Shown here piece after piece: positions 12,301 through 25,342 of a stretch of DNA of 64,000 bases. Positions within the stretch are counted from its first letter, which is position 1; each line of letters begins with the position of its first letter. This stretch comes from Octopus sinensis (taxonomy: Eukaryota), in NCBI RefSeq assembly GCF_006345805.1, contig NC_042997.1:84072001-84136000 (forward strand), written 5' to 3'. The notes beneath the pieces are model-generated. The model saw nothing but the letters and a program-made list of their open reading frames with translations, did not search any database and was not told the DNA's origin. The position numbers were made by a program, and so were the translations under genes.

Positions 12301-13467
12301 TAAATTAACAAAACCTAATCATTCCCAACATTTTTTATTATCTCCCCTAAACTGAAAAAAACCCTAATTACTCCCCCTGTCTCAAACTCTTCTACATCAC
12401 ACCATAGTGAAGAAATTTAAGAAATTTGAAAAGAAAATGCGCAACCAGTTATTTCTCTAAAATCTACGTCACTATACATAAAATTTTATAACATTTTTCT
12501 AACAAGATGATTTTAATAGAAGCAAGCTCAGTCGTCTGTTTAGTTCTGTCAGCAAGGAATTGAGAACATCTAGATTACTAGAATGAGGAGCATTTTGTTG
12601 CAGGAGTTATTGTAAAATAAGAGGAAAATGGAGGGCTAGTGCAGGAATTGCCATAAGGAAAAATGGAGTGCTTCATCAGGTAACAATGCAGCTGAAATAC
12701 AAAGCCCTTCTTGAGAGTAGCACAGGTAGGCTGAAATATGACACTGCTCCAGCATGAGGAATCTGTTGTAGGAAAAAGTGCAAGTTTCAGTGGAAGACTG
12801 CTGAAGCAATGTGTAAATAGACTGTGCTCAGATGAAGTGAGAACAGACACTGAAATAGAATGTCACCTGACAAGAAATCTGGAAGTGGAAATCTCACACA
12901 CACACACACAGGTTTCTTTCAGTTTACATCTATTAAATCCAGGCTTTGTTTCAGCCTGTGACTATAACAGAAGACATTTACTTGCCCAAGGTGCCACACA
13001 GAGGGACTGAACCAAAAACCATCTGGTTGCAAAACAAACATCAAAGACACATAGTTATATGTGTGTGTATGTGCGCATACATAGGAGAATAACAGTCACA
13101 TATTGTGCTTTACAAGACACATCTTGATTTATCTGAAAACAAAATATTTTTCATTGAAAGAGTTCAATACATAATTATAGATTGATTATAGCCTTGACAA
13201 CAATAATATATAAAGAAATAGAAAGCAATGACAGAATCTCAAAGATGTCATACAAAGCAAGTGTGTGTGTGTGTGGCGGTGGGTAGATGCAGGCATGGCT
13301 TGTGATAAGAAGCTTGCTTCCCAACTACATCATTCCAAGTTTGGTTCCACTGCGTGGCACTTTGGGCAAGTGTCTTCTACTGTAGCCTCCGGCCAACCAA
13401 AGCCTTGTGAGTGGATTTGGTAGACGGAAACTGAAAAGAAGCCTATCATGTATCTGTGTGTGTGTGT

Positions 13468-13517
<50 letters not shown>

Positions 13518-16028
13518 TGTGTTTGTCTCTCAACCACTGCTTGACAACCAGTGTTGGTGTATTCACATCCCCATAACTTAGTGGCTTGATGGAAGAGAAC
13601 AATAGAACAAGTAACTGGCTTAAAATCTAGGCCATAAGTATTGGAGGTACATTTTATAACCTACAAATGAATGAAGTGTAACATAAGGCACAGCAAGTGG
13701 AAGATGAGGACAGACCTAACTAATAATATAAATACTATTTAAAATTTTGTCTCACAAAATTTGTTTAAAACCATTAAATCACTTGACTGAGTCTGATATC
13801 ATCATCATAATCCATCCTTTCTAATTCTGGAACATGCAGCAGAAGTGTAAAGACTGATCCTCCTGGTGGGGTAATGTACTCATGCCGGTGCCATGATAAA
13901 GTGCCCATGTGGTGTCATGTAAAAGCACTCTTGCAGTGCCACATAAAAGTCCCTTTGTAGCAACATGTAAAAGCACCCATGCAGTGTCATGTAAAAGTGC
14001 CCATACAGTGCCACATAAAAGCACCCAGCACACTCTGCAAAGTGGTTGGTGTTAGGAAGGCCATCCAGCCATAGAAACCATGCCAAATCAGACTGGAGTC
14101 TGGTGCAGCTTCTCAGCTTGCCAGCTCTGGTCACAGTTTCCAACCCATGCCAGCTTGGACAACAGACATTATATAATGATGATGATGGGGTTGTTGATTA
14201 CATCCACTTTCGTACTTGAATGGTACTTTATTTTAATGACCCTGAAAGTATGAAAGGCAAAATTGACCTCAGCAGTATTTGAATTCAGAATGTCAACAGC
14301 TGGAAGGAATTCTGCTCAATATTTTGTTCACCACAGTAATGATTCTGCCAGCATCTCTAACACTTTTATATCCATTTTTGTTGGCTGAGATCTGTTTAGA
14401 CAGTATCATATGACTAGATACCATTTCTGGTACCAACTCTTGTTCTTACAGGTAAAGTATTTTCTTTATCTTTTAGCTTTTACTTGTTTCCATCATTTGA
14501 CTGTGGCCATGTCAGAGCAGTGCCTTGAAGGGTTATAGTCAAACAAATTGACTTCTGGTGTTATTTTTTTAAGGTTAGTACTTATTTTTTGGTCTCTTTT
14601 AAGCCTAGTATTTATTTTATTGATCCTGCTAAGTTATGGGAACATAAACACACCAACACTGGTTATCAAGCAGTGGTGGGGGACAAATACTGACAAAGAC
14701 ACACACACAGATATATACATACATACATACATACATACAGACTTTCGGTTTCTGACTACAAATCCACTCACAAAGCTTTGGTCAGCCAGAGGCTATAGTA
14801 GAAGACAATTGACCAAAGTGTCAAGCTTCTTACCACACAGCCATGCCTGCACCTAGACTTTACACAAACCATTAAAGTACTGAACTTTGTTTACAATGGA
14901 TATAAACTTAGCGGTATTTCGTCACTCTCTACATTCTAAGTTCAAATTTCATTGAGGTCAACTTTGCCTTTCATCCTTTTGGAGTCAGTAAAATAAGTAC
15001 CCGTTGAACACCTGGGTTGATGTAATCAACTTAAACCCTGCTCCTGAAATTGTCGGCCTCAAGCCAAAATTTGAAACCAGTATGAAAATACACAGAATCA
15101 AACAATCACACACAGACACACACACAAAATGAAGCTTCAGTACAGTTCCGATCTATCAAATTTCAATTGCTAGGCATTGTTCAATCCAAGGTTATAGTAG
15201 AAGCCACTTACTCGAGGTACCACATGAATGTCAAAAATAACATGACTGCAATGCAAACTCCTTAACCTCATACATGTGGATGAGCAAGAGAGAGAGACAG
15301 AGAGAGACAGGCAGGCAGGCAGAGAGACATACAGACAGGTACTGAGGAAATGTTTTGGTTGTTTTTAGAGTTAATAACACTTCAACAGCATCACTCACAA
15401 CTGAATTTAACCCAGTATATCAACTGAGCTGAACAAAGCAATAATGTTGATATCTATAGCTATATTTGTGTTATAAATTCTTTATCATCATCAACCATTT
15501 TCTTTATAATAAAACAATATATGTGAGTCTCAATGGTTAGCCACTGTGTGTGTGTGTGTGTTCACTTATTTTGTTTTCCTTATTTACAGATTTTCTTTCA
15601 ATATCCAATCTGCAGGAATATTTACACATATATATCCAATATAAAGACCACAATCATATAAATACACACACACACACACTGACATAGAAAGATACACACA
15701 TAAAAACTCTGGTGATAACAAAACTGTTAAAACATAATCATTCACACACACATACACACACAAATACATGTCTACTCACACACATATCACATACATAAAC
15801 ATTCACAGACCAGTAGAAGCATCATCGTTCAAATATAAACACATTGAAACATGCATGCACAGCACAAAAGCATTCACACACAAACACACACACAGATGTA
15901 CTTGTATATAAGCATACATTATAGTACACAACTTGAATATTTATATACAAACATGTACACTGAGTAAAATAAATAATAAAAATAAAATTGTATTTATTCT
16001 ACAGTTATACATGTGTGTGTGTGTGCAT

Positions 16029-16060
<32 letters not shown>

Positions 16061-16710
16061 AAGTGAGAGAGAGAAAGACAGAGAGAGAGAGTGAGTAGTG
16101 CGTATTTAAAGTTTTGCATCTTTAAGGTGTTATTGTCACTTCGTATTTCAATATCCAATCATCTTATTTATTCAGCTTTATGTTCTTTTAGGTTTTCTTT
16201 ATATTTATTTTATTCTTTTTCATTTTATTTATCTATTTGTTTATATATATATTTATTTATTTAGTTATTTATTTATTTATTTATGTATTTTTTTTAACCA
16301 AAACAAAATCATATAAAAATATTTGCTAGGTAGTTCTGTTATGAAAAACAATTTTCACAGTTCTGCCTCAGAAAGTTCTTCAAATTTATTCACACATTTC
16401 AAGAATCTTTTCCTTTCTTTTTCTTTCTCTCTCTTTTTTTTCCTTTTCACTATGAACTCTTTTATCAATTCTTCATATTAAATAATTTTCTATTTGTTGT
16501 ATACTATTTGATTCTATAACTTTAGGCAAAAGAAAAAAAAAGAAAAAGAGAGTTCTGTCTTCCAAAACAAGATGCTTATAATAATGAGTTGCAACTCACT
16601 AAGCTAAAAATAAAAAAGTAAAACTTATTGACACATTACTAACAGCAAGGAGACATTCATATATGTATGTACACACACACACACACACACACACACATGC
16701 ATGCAAATGG

Positions 16711-16745
<35 letters not shown>

Positions 16746-17530
16746 ATATATATACATATACACACATATGTATGCATGTATACACAAACACATATATATA
16801 CATACACACACACACAAATGGATATATATATATATATACACATACGCATATGTATGCATGTATACACAAACACACATATATATATATATATATATATGTA
16901 TGTATATATACACACACAACATATATATATATATACACGTACATATATATATATATACACACATATATATATATACACACATACACATATATATACACAT
17001 ACAAACACACATACACACATATATACACATACACACATATACACATGCATACATACACATACACAGTTATAATCATCATTAATATCAATATTATCCCCCA
17101 CCACCATCATCATCATTTCACACCATTACTCCCTTACATCACACTTGTCTGGTACGAAAGTATTTCAATGCAGAAGCCTTGCATATACTTTGACACTTTA
17201 GCTCTCACCGGATCATCAAAAGTGCAATGTGTTGAATCCATTGACATATTTATGGAGATTTCAGGTTTTCCCCTTAAGTTTTAAGTCAGTGGTTCTCAAG
17301 CGGGTCCATATAAGATTTTGTTAAAATTTATATGCAATAAACTGGTTATACTTCTTGTTATCATCATTGTTTAACATCCTCCTTCCATGCTGGTATGGTT
17401 TGGATGGTTTCATAGGAGCTGGCCAGGTGGGAACCTGCACCATGCTTCTGTGTTTGTTTTGGCATGGTTATTTTACTGGCTGGATGCTTATCCTAGCACA
17501 AGCCACTACGTGATGCTGCATGGTGAGGTC

Positions 17531-17764
17531 AGGCAGTGAGCTGGCAGAAACATTAGCATGCCAGGCGAAATGCTTAGTATTATTTCGTCTGCCGCTACGT
17601 TCTGAGTTCAAATTCCGCCGAGGTCGACTTTGCCTTTCATCCTTTCGGGGTCGATTAAATAAGTACCAGTTACACACTGGGGTCGATATAATCAGCTTAA
17701 TCCATTTGTCTGTCCTTCTTTGTCCCCTCTATGTTTAGCCCCTTGTGGGTAGTAAAGAAATAGG
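17531..17764 (+). mobile_element. tRNA-head SINE, family 2, inserted into an RTE 3' fragment
   Basis: Head gagctggcagaaac...gagttcaaattccgccgaggtcgac, core gcctttcatcctttcggggtcga...agtaccag. CpGs are retained, suggesting a young copy. Confidence 0.85.
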
Positions 17765-19049
17765 TTTTTACAGCCGGATGCCCTTCCAAATGTCAACCAG
17801 TTCACAGAGTGGGCTGGATGCTTTTATAAAACACAAAATATTTTAACATCCCTAACATATTTATTTATGAAAACAAAAAATAACAGGATTTTTTAAACAT
17901 TGAATGGCTATGAGGGTCCACCTGAGTTAAATAGGAATCAAAGAGGTCCAGAGGTAAAAGTTGGTTGAGAACTACTGCTTAGGCTTAGCCTGAGATTATT
18001 TTCATGGTTGGATAGCTTTCCAGTGATTTATGTTGGTTGTGTGTGTCCTGACACCAGAACTGGAAATAAATGTTCTTAATCTAGGTTTCAGTAATTTCTC
18101 TCTTTCTTTGATCCTCGGTGTGTTTTGTGGGGGAAGTAAATAAAAAAAAAAGAAAAAAAAGAACAGAAGACAAAGTTTGAAGGTCCATCATCAATATCAT
18201 CATTGTCGAATTCCACTTTTCTATGCATGTAAGGGTTGGAGAGAATTTGTTGAGGCAGATTTTTTATGGTTGGGTGCCCTTCATGTTATCAACTCTCAGT
18301 TGTTTCCAAGTAAGGTAATATTTCCCCCCTAACCAGATATGTTTTCACAGAAGAATGGAAATGAAAGATACTGCTTGCATGACAGAAATACTTGTTTATA
18401 ACTATCATGCTATGTCATGGCAAGGAGACAATAACTGCCATCCACTCCATACACACGCACACACACACACGAGATGCATTTCTTTTAGTTTCTATCAACC
18501 AAATCCACTCAGCCCAAGGCTAGTAGAAGATACTTGCCCAAGGTGCCACCACGTGGTTGGAAAGCAAACTTCTTAACCACATAACCATTTGTCGGTCCAC
18601 TTTTCAATTTTAGGCATTGTGATGATGGAAGCATCAGGATGACTTGCTTGTGCAGAAAGATATTATCCCACATTGAGTAACATAGTAGAGTAATTACAGA
18701 AATCCCAATTTAATCTTAAACTATCCAATAAAAATGTCAATTTATGGCTGGTTGTTTTCCTCCTTGTTTGAACTTATAAATTACAAAAATTTTCATAAAC
18801 ATTGTATAAATCCAGTCTTTTGTAATTAAAGGAAGTCAATCCACTAAAAGGTGTTCTATAACTCAATTCTATGGAGTTACGCATTGACAAAATGCATGAG
18901 GCAGTCTGCAGTCTCTAACTGCTGCAAGAATTAATATTTTATGCACAGTCCTGCAGCTAATTATTTAACAATTAAGTGGTACAAAAAAACAAAAATGTCA
19001 CAGCAAACATTATTCAAGATATACCAAATCAGAGAAATATGGATCCAAG

Positions 19050-19747
19050 GTTATTGCCAGTTCAAATATACTTGGGGTATATTTGAACCTGCAAAAAAGC
19101 CATTCACTATGTTTTGTCATGGAGAAAATTTCTCGCTGTAGACAGATTGCAGCACCATCTATTCATTTTAGAATGGTTATCTGCTTTTCAGTTACAGAAA
19201 CTGAACAGGGTGCACTGCAAGCTGATAAGAGAGATTATTTCTCTTACAATATTCCCATCATCATACAATGACTGGTAGTGCTAATTGGCAGCTACTTTTA
19301 GGGGTATTTACACCATTTGTCTACGAGAAAATTTCTCCATGATAAAACACAATGAATGGTTTGTTTACAGTTTTGAATATGCTCCAAGCATATTTGAAAT
19401 GGTAATAACTTTGTATTTATACACACTGCTTAGTGTCAAAACCTTATAATTTGTTTAAGATGAGCTGCTGATTAGCACTACCTGTCACTGTACAATGACA
19501 GGAATATCATAACAGAGACAACCTCCCTTATCAGCTCCCAGTGCACCCAGTTTGGTTTCTGCATCTGAAAAGGAGATAACCACTCCAAAATGTTTACATC
19601 TCACTGTCTGGGTAGGTGGCATTGCAAGCTAATTTGGTGTATGCATACCATTTGTCTACAATGAGAAATTTTCTTTGTGACTTAACACAATGAATGGCTT
19701 TCTTATTGGTTCGAATATACCCCAAGCATATTTGAACTGGTAATAAC
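19050..19747. repeat. Nested inverted-repeat complex A-B-A'-B'-A'
   Basis: A at 19050-19145 and B at 19165-19293; reverse complements A' at 19316-19409, B' at 19463-19593 and A' at 19648-19747, aligned by eye. Confidence 0.85.
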
Positions 19748-19789
19748 ATTGCATTTATACACATCACTGCTTAGCGCTGCCACCCAGAA

Positions 19790-20200
19790 CTACAGATGCT
19801 ATATTGGAAAGACAACTGAATTCGAAAAAAAAGAATTGGCAAATAAGATGCAAATCTATCTTGCAGTTACCAATCAAGAGGTGGTTCTGGCAAGATCACA
19901 CAGCTGTCAACATGGTCAGATATGAAATAAATTAGAAGATGTATGGGTACTAAATGTCATCTAAGCAATTCAGTGAGTTCCAAACGGTAAGTACTACCAA
20001 GCTCTTATAACCTTAACCGAGACACTAATAAAGATTTCGTCTTTGTGTATTGTACCTAGAACAAGCCAGACTTGGAGTCGATAACTTTCCAAGCTGAAAG
20101 TACAAGAAGAGTTGAACTCAATCGTTAGTTTCTCAATTTCACTGCTACTTTATATTGGTTGAGTACCTATTTACAACCCAGGTGGACTGGGTTGTAAATG
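19790..20200 (+). mobile_element. Degenerate Penelope-like GIY-YIG remnant
   Basis: Fragmentary translations CYIGKT, LPIKRWFWQDHTAVNMVRYEIIRRC and YNPGGLGCK resemble Penelope endonuclease motifs (YIG-T, HF--H, P-GLN). Several stops and frameshifts. Confidence 0.5.
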
Positions 20201-21959
20201 ACTTATTAAAGCCCATATCTATAATAATAATAAGAGGGAGTATACATGATGATAAGATATTTTCTAAACAAAAGGAAGGGATAGGATACATGTCAGTGAA
20301 TGTATGTATGTTAAATACATATATATGCTCACACAAAAGTAGACACACATACATGCAAGCAATGACAGATGCATGGAAAACTGAAAGACAGACAGACAGA
20401 TTGATAAAGACAAAGAAAGAGAGAGAAATTTATTTAAAAGAAAACTTTTGTGAACAAATTTTTGATGTACATCAGTATCAAAATACATATCCATATTATG
20501 TGTAAATTTTTAAAAAAGTGCTTGCAATGTCTTTACACACACACACACACACACACACTCTCTCTCTCTCTCTTTCTCACTCTCTTGTGTATGCATGTAA
20601 ACATACATATGTAGGCATATATTTAACAACAGTAGATAAGTGTGTAATCATGTGCAGAAATATATTGTAGAATATTTATGAGCAGAGAAAAGGAAATGCA
20701 GAGTAATTTAAGAAAACTGCAGTAACTGTTGCAAGAGAGGTGGTGAGGACTGGAGAGAGAAAGGGAGAGAGAGGGAGAGAGGGAGAGAGAGAGAGTAATG
20801 AAATAAATTTGTGGCTACTCTTTCACCTGTGAAACAACAGGTTGGCTGTTTCAGTGTTTGGTGACTATGTGAAGTTCTAATTCTAAAATTAACTTCTCAC
20901 TGAATGTTAGTCACACTGTTCACCACTAACAAGAGCGTCCAAGACTGCGAAACTAATGCTCTCCCATTCCCGCTACCACTCTTGCACAATGACCAGTTTC
21001 CGTTGCAGTAGCTTCCCAATCTAGCGTGGCAGTAGTGAAAAGCGGAATAGTTAACTGACAGCAGATGCTTCTTCCTCCCCACAACAGAATTAACCAGCTG
21101 GTCAGTGAGCCAGGCCAGAGGATGCTGATCACTTGACCAATTCAGCTGACACACTTTGGTGATTCCTCACTTCGATATCAAAAGTTGTAAAATCAATATG
21201 TTGCCAGTTATGGGAAGCAGTAGCTGTCCTGCAAACAGGAGTTCAATTCCAGCAAGAGGCTGAAACATTCAGAAAAGAAATAAACAAGAAAGGCTAAACT
21301 AGTGGGTGTTTGGTTTTGTCACTCACACAGTGATGTACTCATGGCAATGGTGAGTTAATAATAATGAACATATATGGTCACTAGACCTACTAGAAATAGC
21401 AGCCAAATCTTCCTGTAGGGTTCTGTCACTAGCACTGTGATTAACTCATAGCAATAAGGAGTTAATAACAATGAACGAATGTGGTCGCTAGACCTACTAA
21501 AAATAACAGCCAAATATACCTGAAATTATGCACTCTACCAGCTTAAACAAGGGCATAACACACTAGATAATTTAGTCCTACATACCCTAAAAAAGACAGC
21601 ATTGACATGGCTGGAATGGAATGCCAAAATGATCATAAGTCAGCTCAGTAAGGAGCAGCCAGGAGCTAAACAACAAAAACAAATTATGGTAATGACATGC
21701 AAACATTCTCCACCACCACCACCACCACCACCACAACAGCAGCAGCAGCAGCAATATTATATTTGCTTTCCAAACTGGTATGGGGTGAAGAGGCTGAATA
21801 GGCTGATGCTGTCTGAGCTACACCCTTCCTAGATAGGTTGGAAGGCTATACCTTACTCATCTGCTTCATTTTTATAGCTTGCTTCCTACAGCTAGATGTC
21901 CTTCCTGACAGCAACAGCTTCACAATATGACAATATTTATCCACAGTTAAATGAAACTG

Positions 21960-22335
21960 TTTTCCTGGAACAAACTATACTTTGGTAGACACCATGCGAG
22001 GAACTCTCACATTGGCTTTCAGTGCAAAATACATTCTTGTTTATATGACTAGCAGGGAGATAAATTCCCACCACCTCCAGATCACATGATTAAGACCTTC
22101 CTTGGTCTTGTCAATGATGGATACTCGACTGCTAGAGATAGCAGTGACTCATCTCCCCACCAGCAATATATGGAATAACAGTTCCAGAATAGGCATTGAT
22201 GTTGCGATTAGCAACTGATGCTAACATATATACTTTACAGTAAGTCCTGGGTACATTCAATCGTATCTTTGACCAAACTAAAGGGTCTCCTCAACCCAAT
22301 GTTGTACTGAGTTCACATTTGGTAGCTACATATTT
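21960..22335 (+). mobile_element. Highly decayed non-LTR reverse transcriptase relic
   Basis: QTKGSPQPNVVLSSHLVATY resembles the GxPQGxVLSPxLFxxY motif; otherwise full of stops. Confidence 0.35.
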
Positions 22336-25214
22336 ACAGCTAGGTATATCATCATCATTTTAATACACAATTTTTCATATTTACATGGGACAAATGAAGT
22401 TAATTGGGACAGAGTTTCTATGGCCAAATGCCCTTCCAGTCATTAACCCTCACCTGTTTCCAAGCAACATAAGATTTCCCCACAGACAGACATGTTTTTG
22501 CAGCATATTGGAAATGGACGATACTGCCTGTATGACGATGATACTCATCTACAGCAATCACACAATGTTAAAACAAAGGAAAGCAAACACACACACAAAG
22601 GTGTTGACATCACACATTCTTGGTATGGACACCAGCAGAAATCACAAGCTAACAAGAGAGCCGCTTGAAGATCACTCAAATAGCTAGAAGTAGCAGCTAA
22701 ATCCCCCTAAAATCATACGCTACTGATATAAAATACAAAAAAGGGATTCACTGGACAATATAGTCTGAAATAAAGTGTATGAAAACCAATGGTCTGAAAT
22801 GTCTTTGATTTAAGGCCTTCTTAATAAGGACTAGACTAGGATGAGACATTAACAACAAGAAAAAGGAAAGAAACTGGACAATGGGAGTAAAAAAGTTAAA
22901 CCACTGTATGTTGAAGCATGCAGTGTAATCCTTAACCAGGCAAATATATGGTGTGTCGGACAGTGCATCTGTGGATCAAATCTGGGTTTTTGACTGACTA
23001 CTTACATGTCAAAGTCTGCTTAATCAGGCTGCCTTTAGGCTACACAATAATGGAGAAAGAAGAAAGTGATAAAATAAAACAAAAAAAAAAAAAAACTGAA
23101 GAAAATGAAAGATGAAAATGAAATAGAAGTAAATGAAGAGAATGAAGAAAAAAAATGAAAATATAAAAAGAACAAAAAGGAAAATAGAAATATATATTAA
23201 AAAAATACAAAAAATAAAGGAAAAATGAAAAAAAAAAAGTAAAAACCAGAGCATCAATAACAACACCAGAATCAGCAAAAGAAGCAGGAAGACGAAGAAC
23301 AACTTGAGAAAGGAATAGCAGGGTGGAGGTAAGAACTGTGTGTTTACATGCCAACAGTTTGACTTGAAGAACTAAATACACAGATTGGAGGTTCCAAAAA
23401 TGAAAACAGACATTTGAGTAAACTGTTTTTGCAGCTGGAAGTAAGCTTTAATGAAAAATGGACATTACTAGCTTTTAACAGCCATTAAGACAAACTGACA
23501 TTTGAAGAATTTCAAAGTAACTATGGGTATTCATTTCTTTTTTTTTTTTTTTTTCTTAGCAGAAGGTGGTGGATGAGCAGAATCCTTAGAGTAATATGAT
23601 AAATACTTTGTGATATTTAGTTACGTATCTTTATGTTCTGAGTTCAAATTCTGCTGAGGTTAATTTTCTCTTATTGTTCTGAGGTTGATAAAATAGATAG
23701 CAATGAAACACTGGACTAGTTGACACTCTAAAATTTGTGGCCTCGTGCAAGAAATCCCACTAGGGAATAGGGGATGCAGAAACAGTAGAATAGTGGACAA
23801 AAAGCCTGGCAGTATTTTGTTAAGCTCTGAGTTCAAATTCTGCAAAGGTTATACTCTGCCTTTCATTCTTCTGGTTTTGATAAAATTAAGTACTGAATCA
23901 ATATATTTCATTATACCCTCCCATTACATTTGAGGTCTAGTTTCTATGTTAGAAATAAACATTATTATTGCTATAACAGTTAAGGCAGCAAGCAGGCAGA
24001 ATCTGTCTTCACATTCAGAGTTCAAATTCCGCTGGGATCAACTTTAGCTTTCATCCTTCCAGGGTTGATAAAATGATTATCAGTTGAATATTGGGGTCAA
24101 TGTTATCAACTTACTGCCTCCCAAAACCTCTGGCCTTGTGCTAAAATTCAAAACCAATATTACATAATTAGGGGGCAAATTACCTGAAATGGTAGAGCAT
24201 TGGACAAAATGCCTTGTGGAATTTATTTCAGCTCCTTGCAGTCTAAGACCAAATCCTACTAAAGTCAGCTTTGCCTTTTATCATACAGAGGTTGATGAAT
24301 AAGATATCAACATAGAGCAGTGGGCTGATGGGATTGTTAAGGCACTAGATAGGATGCTTTGTAGTATTTTTTCAAGTTCTTTCCATTCTGAGTTCAAATA
24401 TAGCCATAGTATACTAAAGTCGTAGACTTAATCCACTGCCCAGTTTAACACCTTTACCTAGTTCTTTGGTGCCTTAATTGGGGTTTACTTTGTTTGTTGC
24501 AAGCATTCAGGCATATCTCCAATTTGAGGATACCTTTCTCTCTCTCTCTCTCTCCCACTAGTCTAAGAAGTCTTGTTAAGGATTATGAGCATTGCTTTTC
24601 CTCCAATATCATAAACAAAATATGTCACAATCAGTCAAACACTATTATCATCTATGTATCTGTTAATCATATCTCAGTGTAAAAAAAAAATAAGAAAGAA
24701 AAACAAAGAACTTCATTTTTTGATCTTCATGAATCAATAATTTAGCCTCTGTGCAGTCACACAAACTTTCCGAGAAATTGTAATTAAATCTCCTTCAAAT
24801 GACACCCGATAGTCTTTAGAAAAAATGCATAACAGAGCTATATAGTCTGGAAAAAGAAAAATACATTCAGCAGTCACACCTACCCTACAATGCCTTAAGA
24901 CATAGGTGTGCTTAATGCTAAAGTTGATCTGTGGACAAAACAATGACGACTATATTATCATTATCATTCATTGACATATTGAATGTATTTCTCTGACATT
25001 AATACCAATAAGGAATTTGTTTTTTTAATTTTGTAATCATGTTTCTAATCATTCTTGAAGAGGAGCAGTACTCAGGCATTTTATTAGCCAACCCCACCCT
25101 CCCCACGTTTTTTTTTTTTTGTTTAGACCAGAAGACAGTGATGATAATGGAGAATCATAACAAGGCAGATTATGAAGATGAAAGAAATATATGCTAACTA
25201 AAGTATGAACTTAC

Positions 25215-25342
25215 CGCCACAGGCAGAAGAATGCCACATAACTATAAGCATTTGTTGATAAGAAGAGTGAAGAGTGTAAGATTTCTGGAATGAGTTGCTT
25301 CTTGTAGTATTCTAGTCCTCGTTTTCTGACAATGGCTGCAAA
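25215..25342 (-). CDS. TMEM135: Internal coding exon of transmembrane protein 135 (equivalent to vertebrate exon 2)
   Basis: Minus strand reads acceptor ...cacttatcag|TTTGCAGCC...TGCCTGTGGCG|gtaagt donor; 128 nt, phase 0 to phase 2. Translation FAAIVRKRGLEYYKKQLIPEILHSSLFLSTNAYSYVAFFCLW-R aligns without gaps to my recollection of human [43 protein letters not shown]. Recalled alignment, not a search. Not in the ORF track because it is short and has no start codon. Confidence 0.9.

Noticed and set aside
12560-12890. Coding-like purine-rich stretch (ORFs 12578-12850 and 12738-13010)
   Set aside because: No recognisable motif or splice pair; probably a decayed transposon that I cannot classify.
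16625-17284. Long ORFs rich in IYIY, HTHT or CVCV (also near 7841-8361, 8783-9300, 37640-38200 and 41524-41942)
   Set aside because: These are translations of TA, CA and TG microsatellites.
19867-19985. Plus-strand exon-like segment with an open frame and a cg|gtaagt donor
   Set aside because: The peptide fits the surrounding Penelope-like endonuclease relic; the splice-like sites are probably coincidental, although exonisation is not excluded.
21602-21832. ORF with poly-Pro and poly-Gln resembling a transcription factor
   Set aside because: It is a (CCA)n(CAG)n microsatellite appended to a SINE-like sequence, with no domain or splice support.
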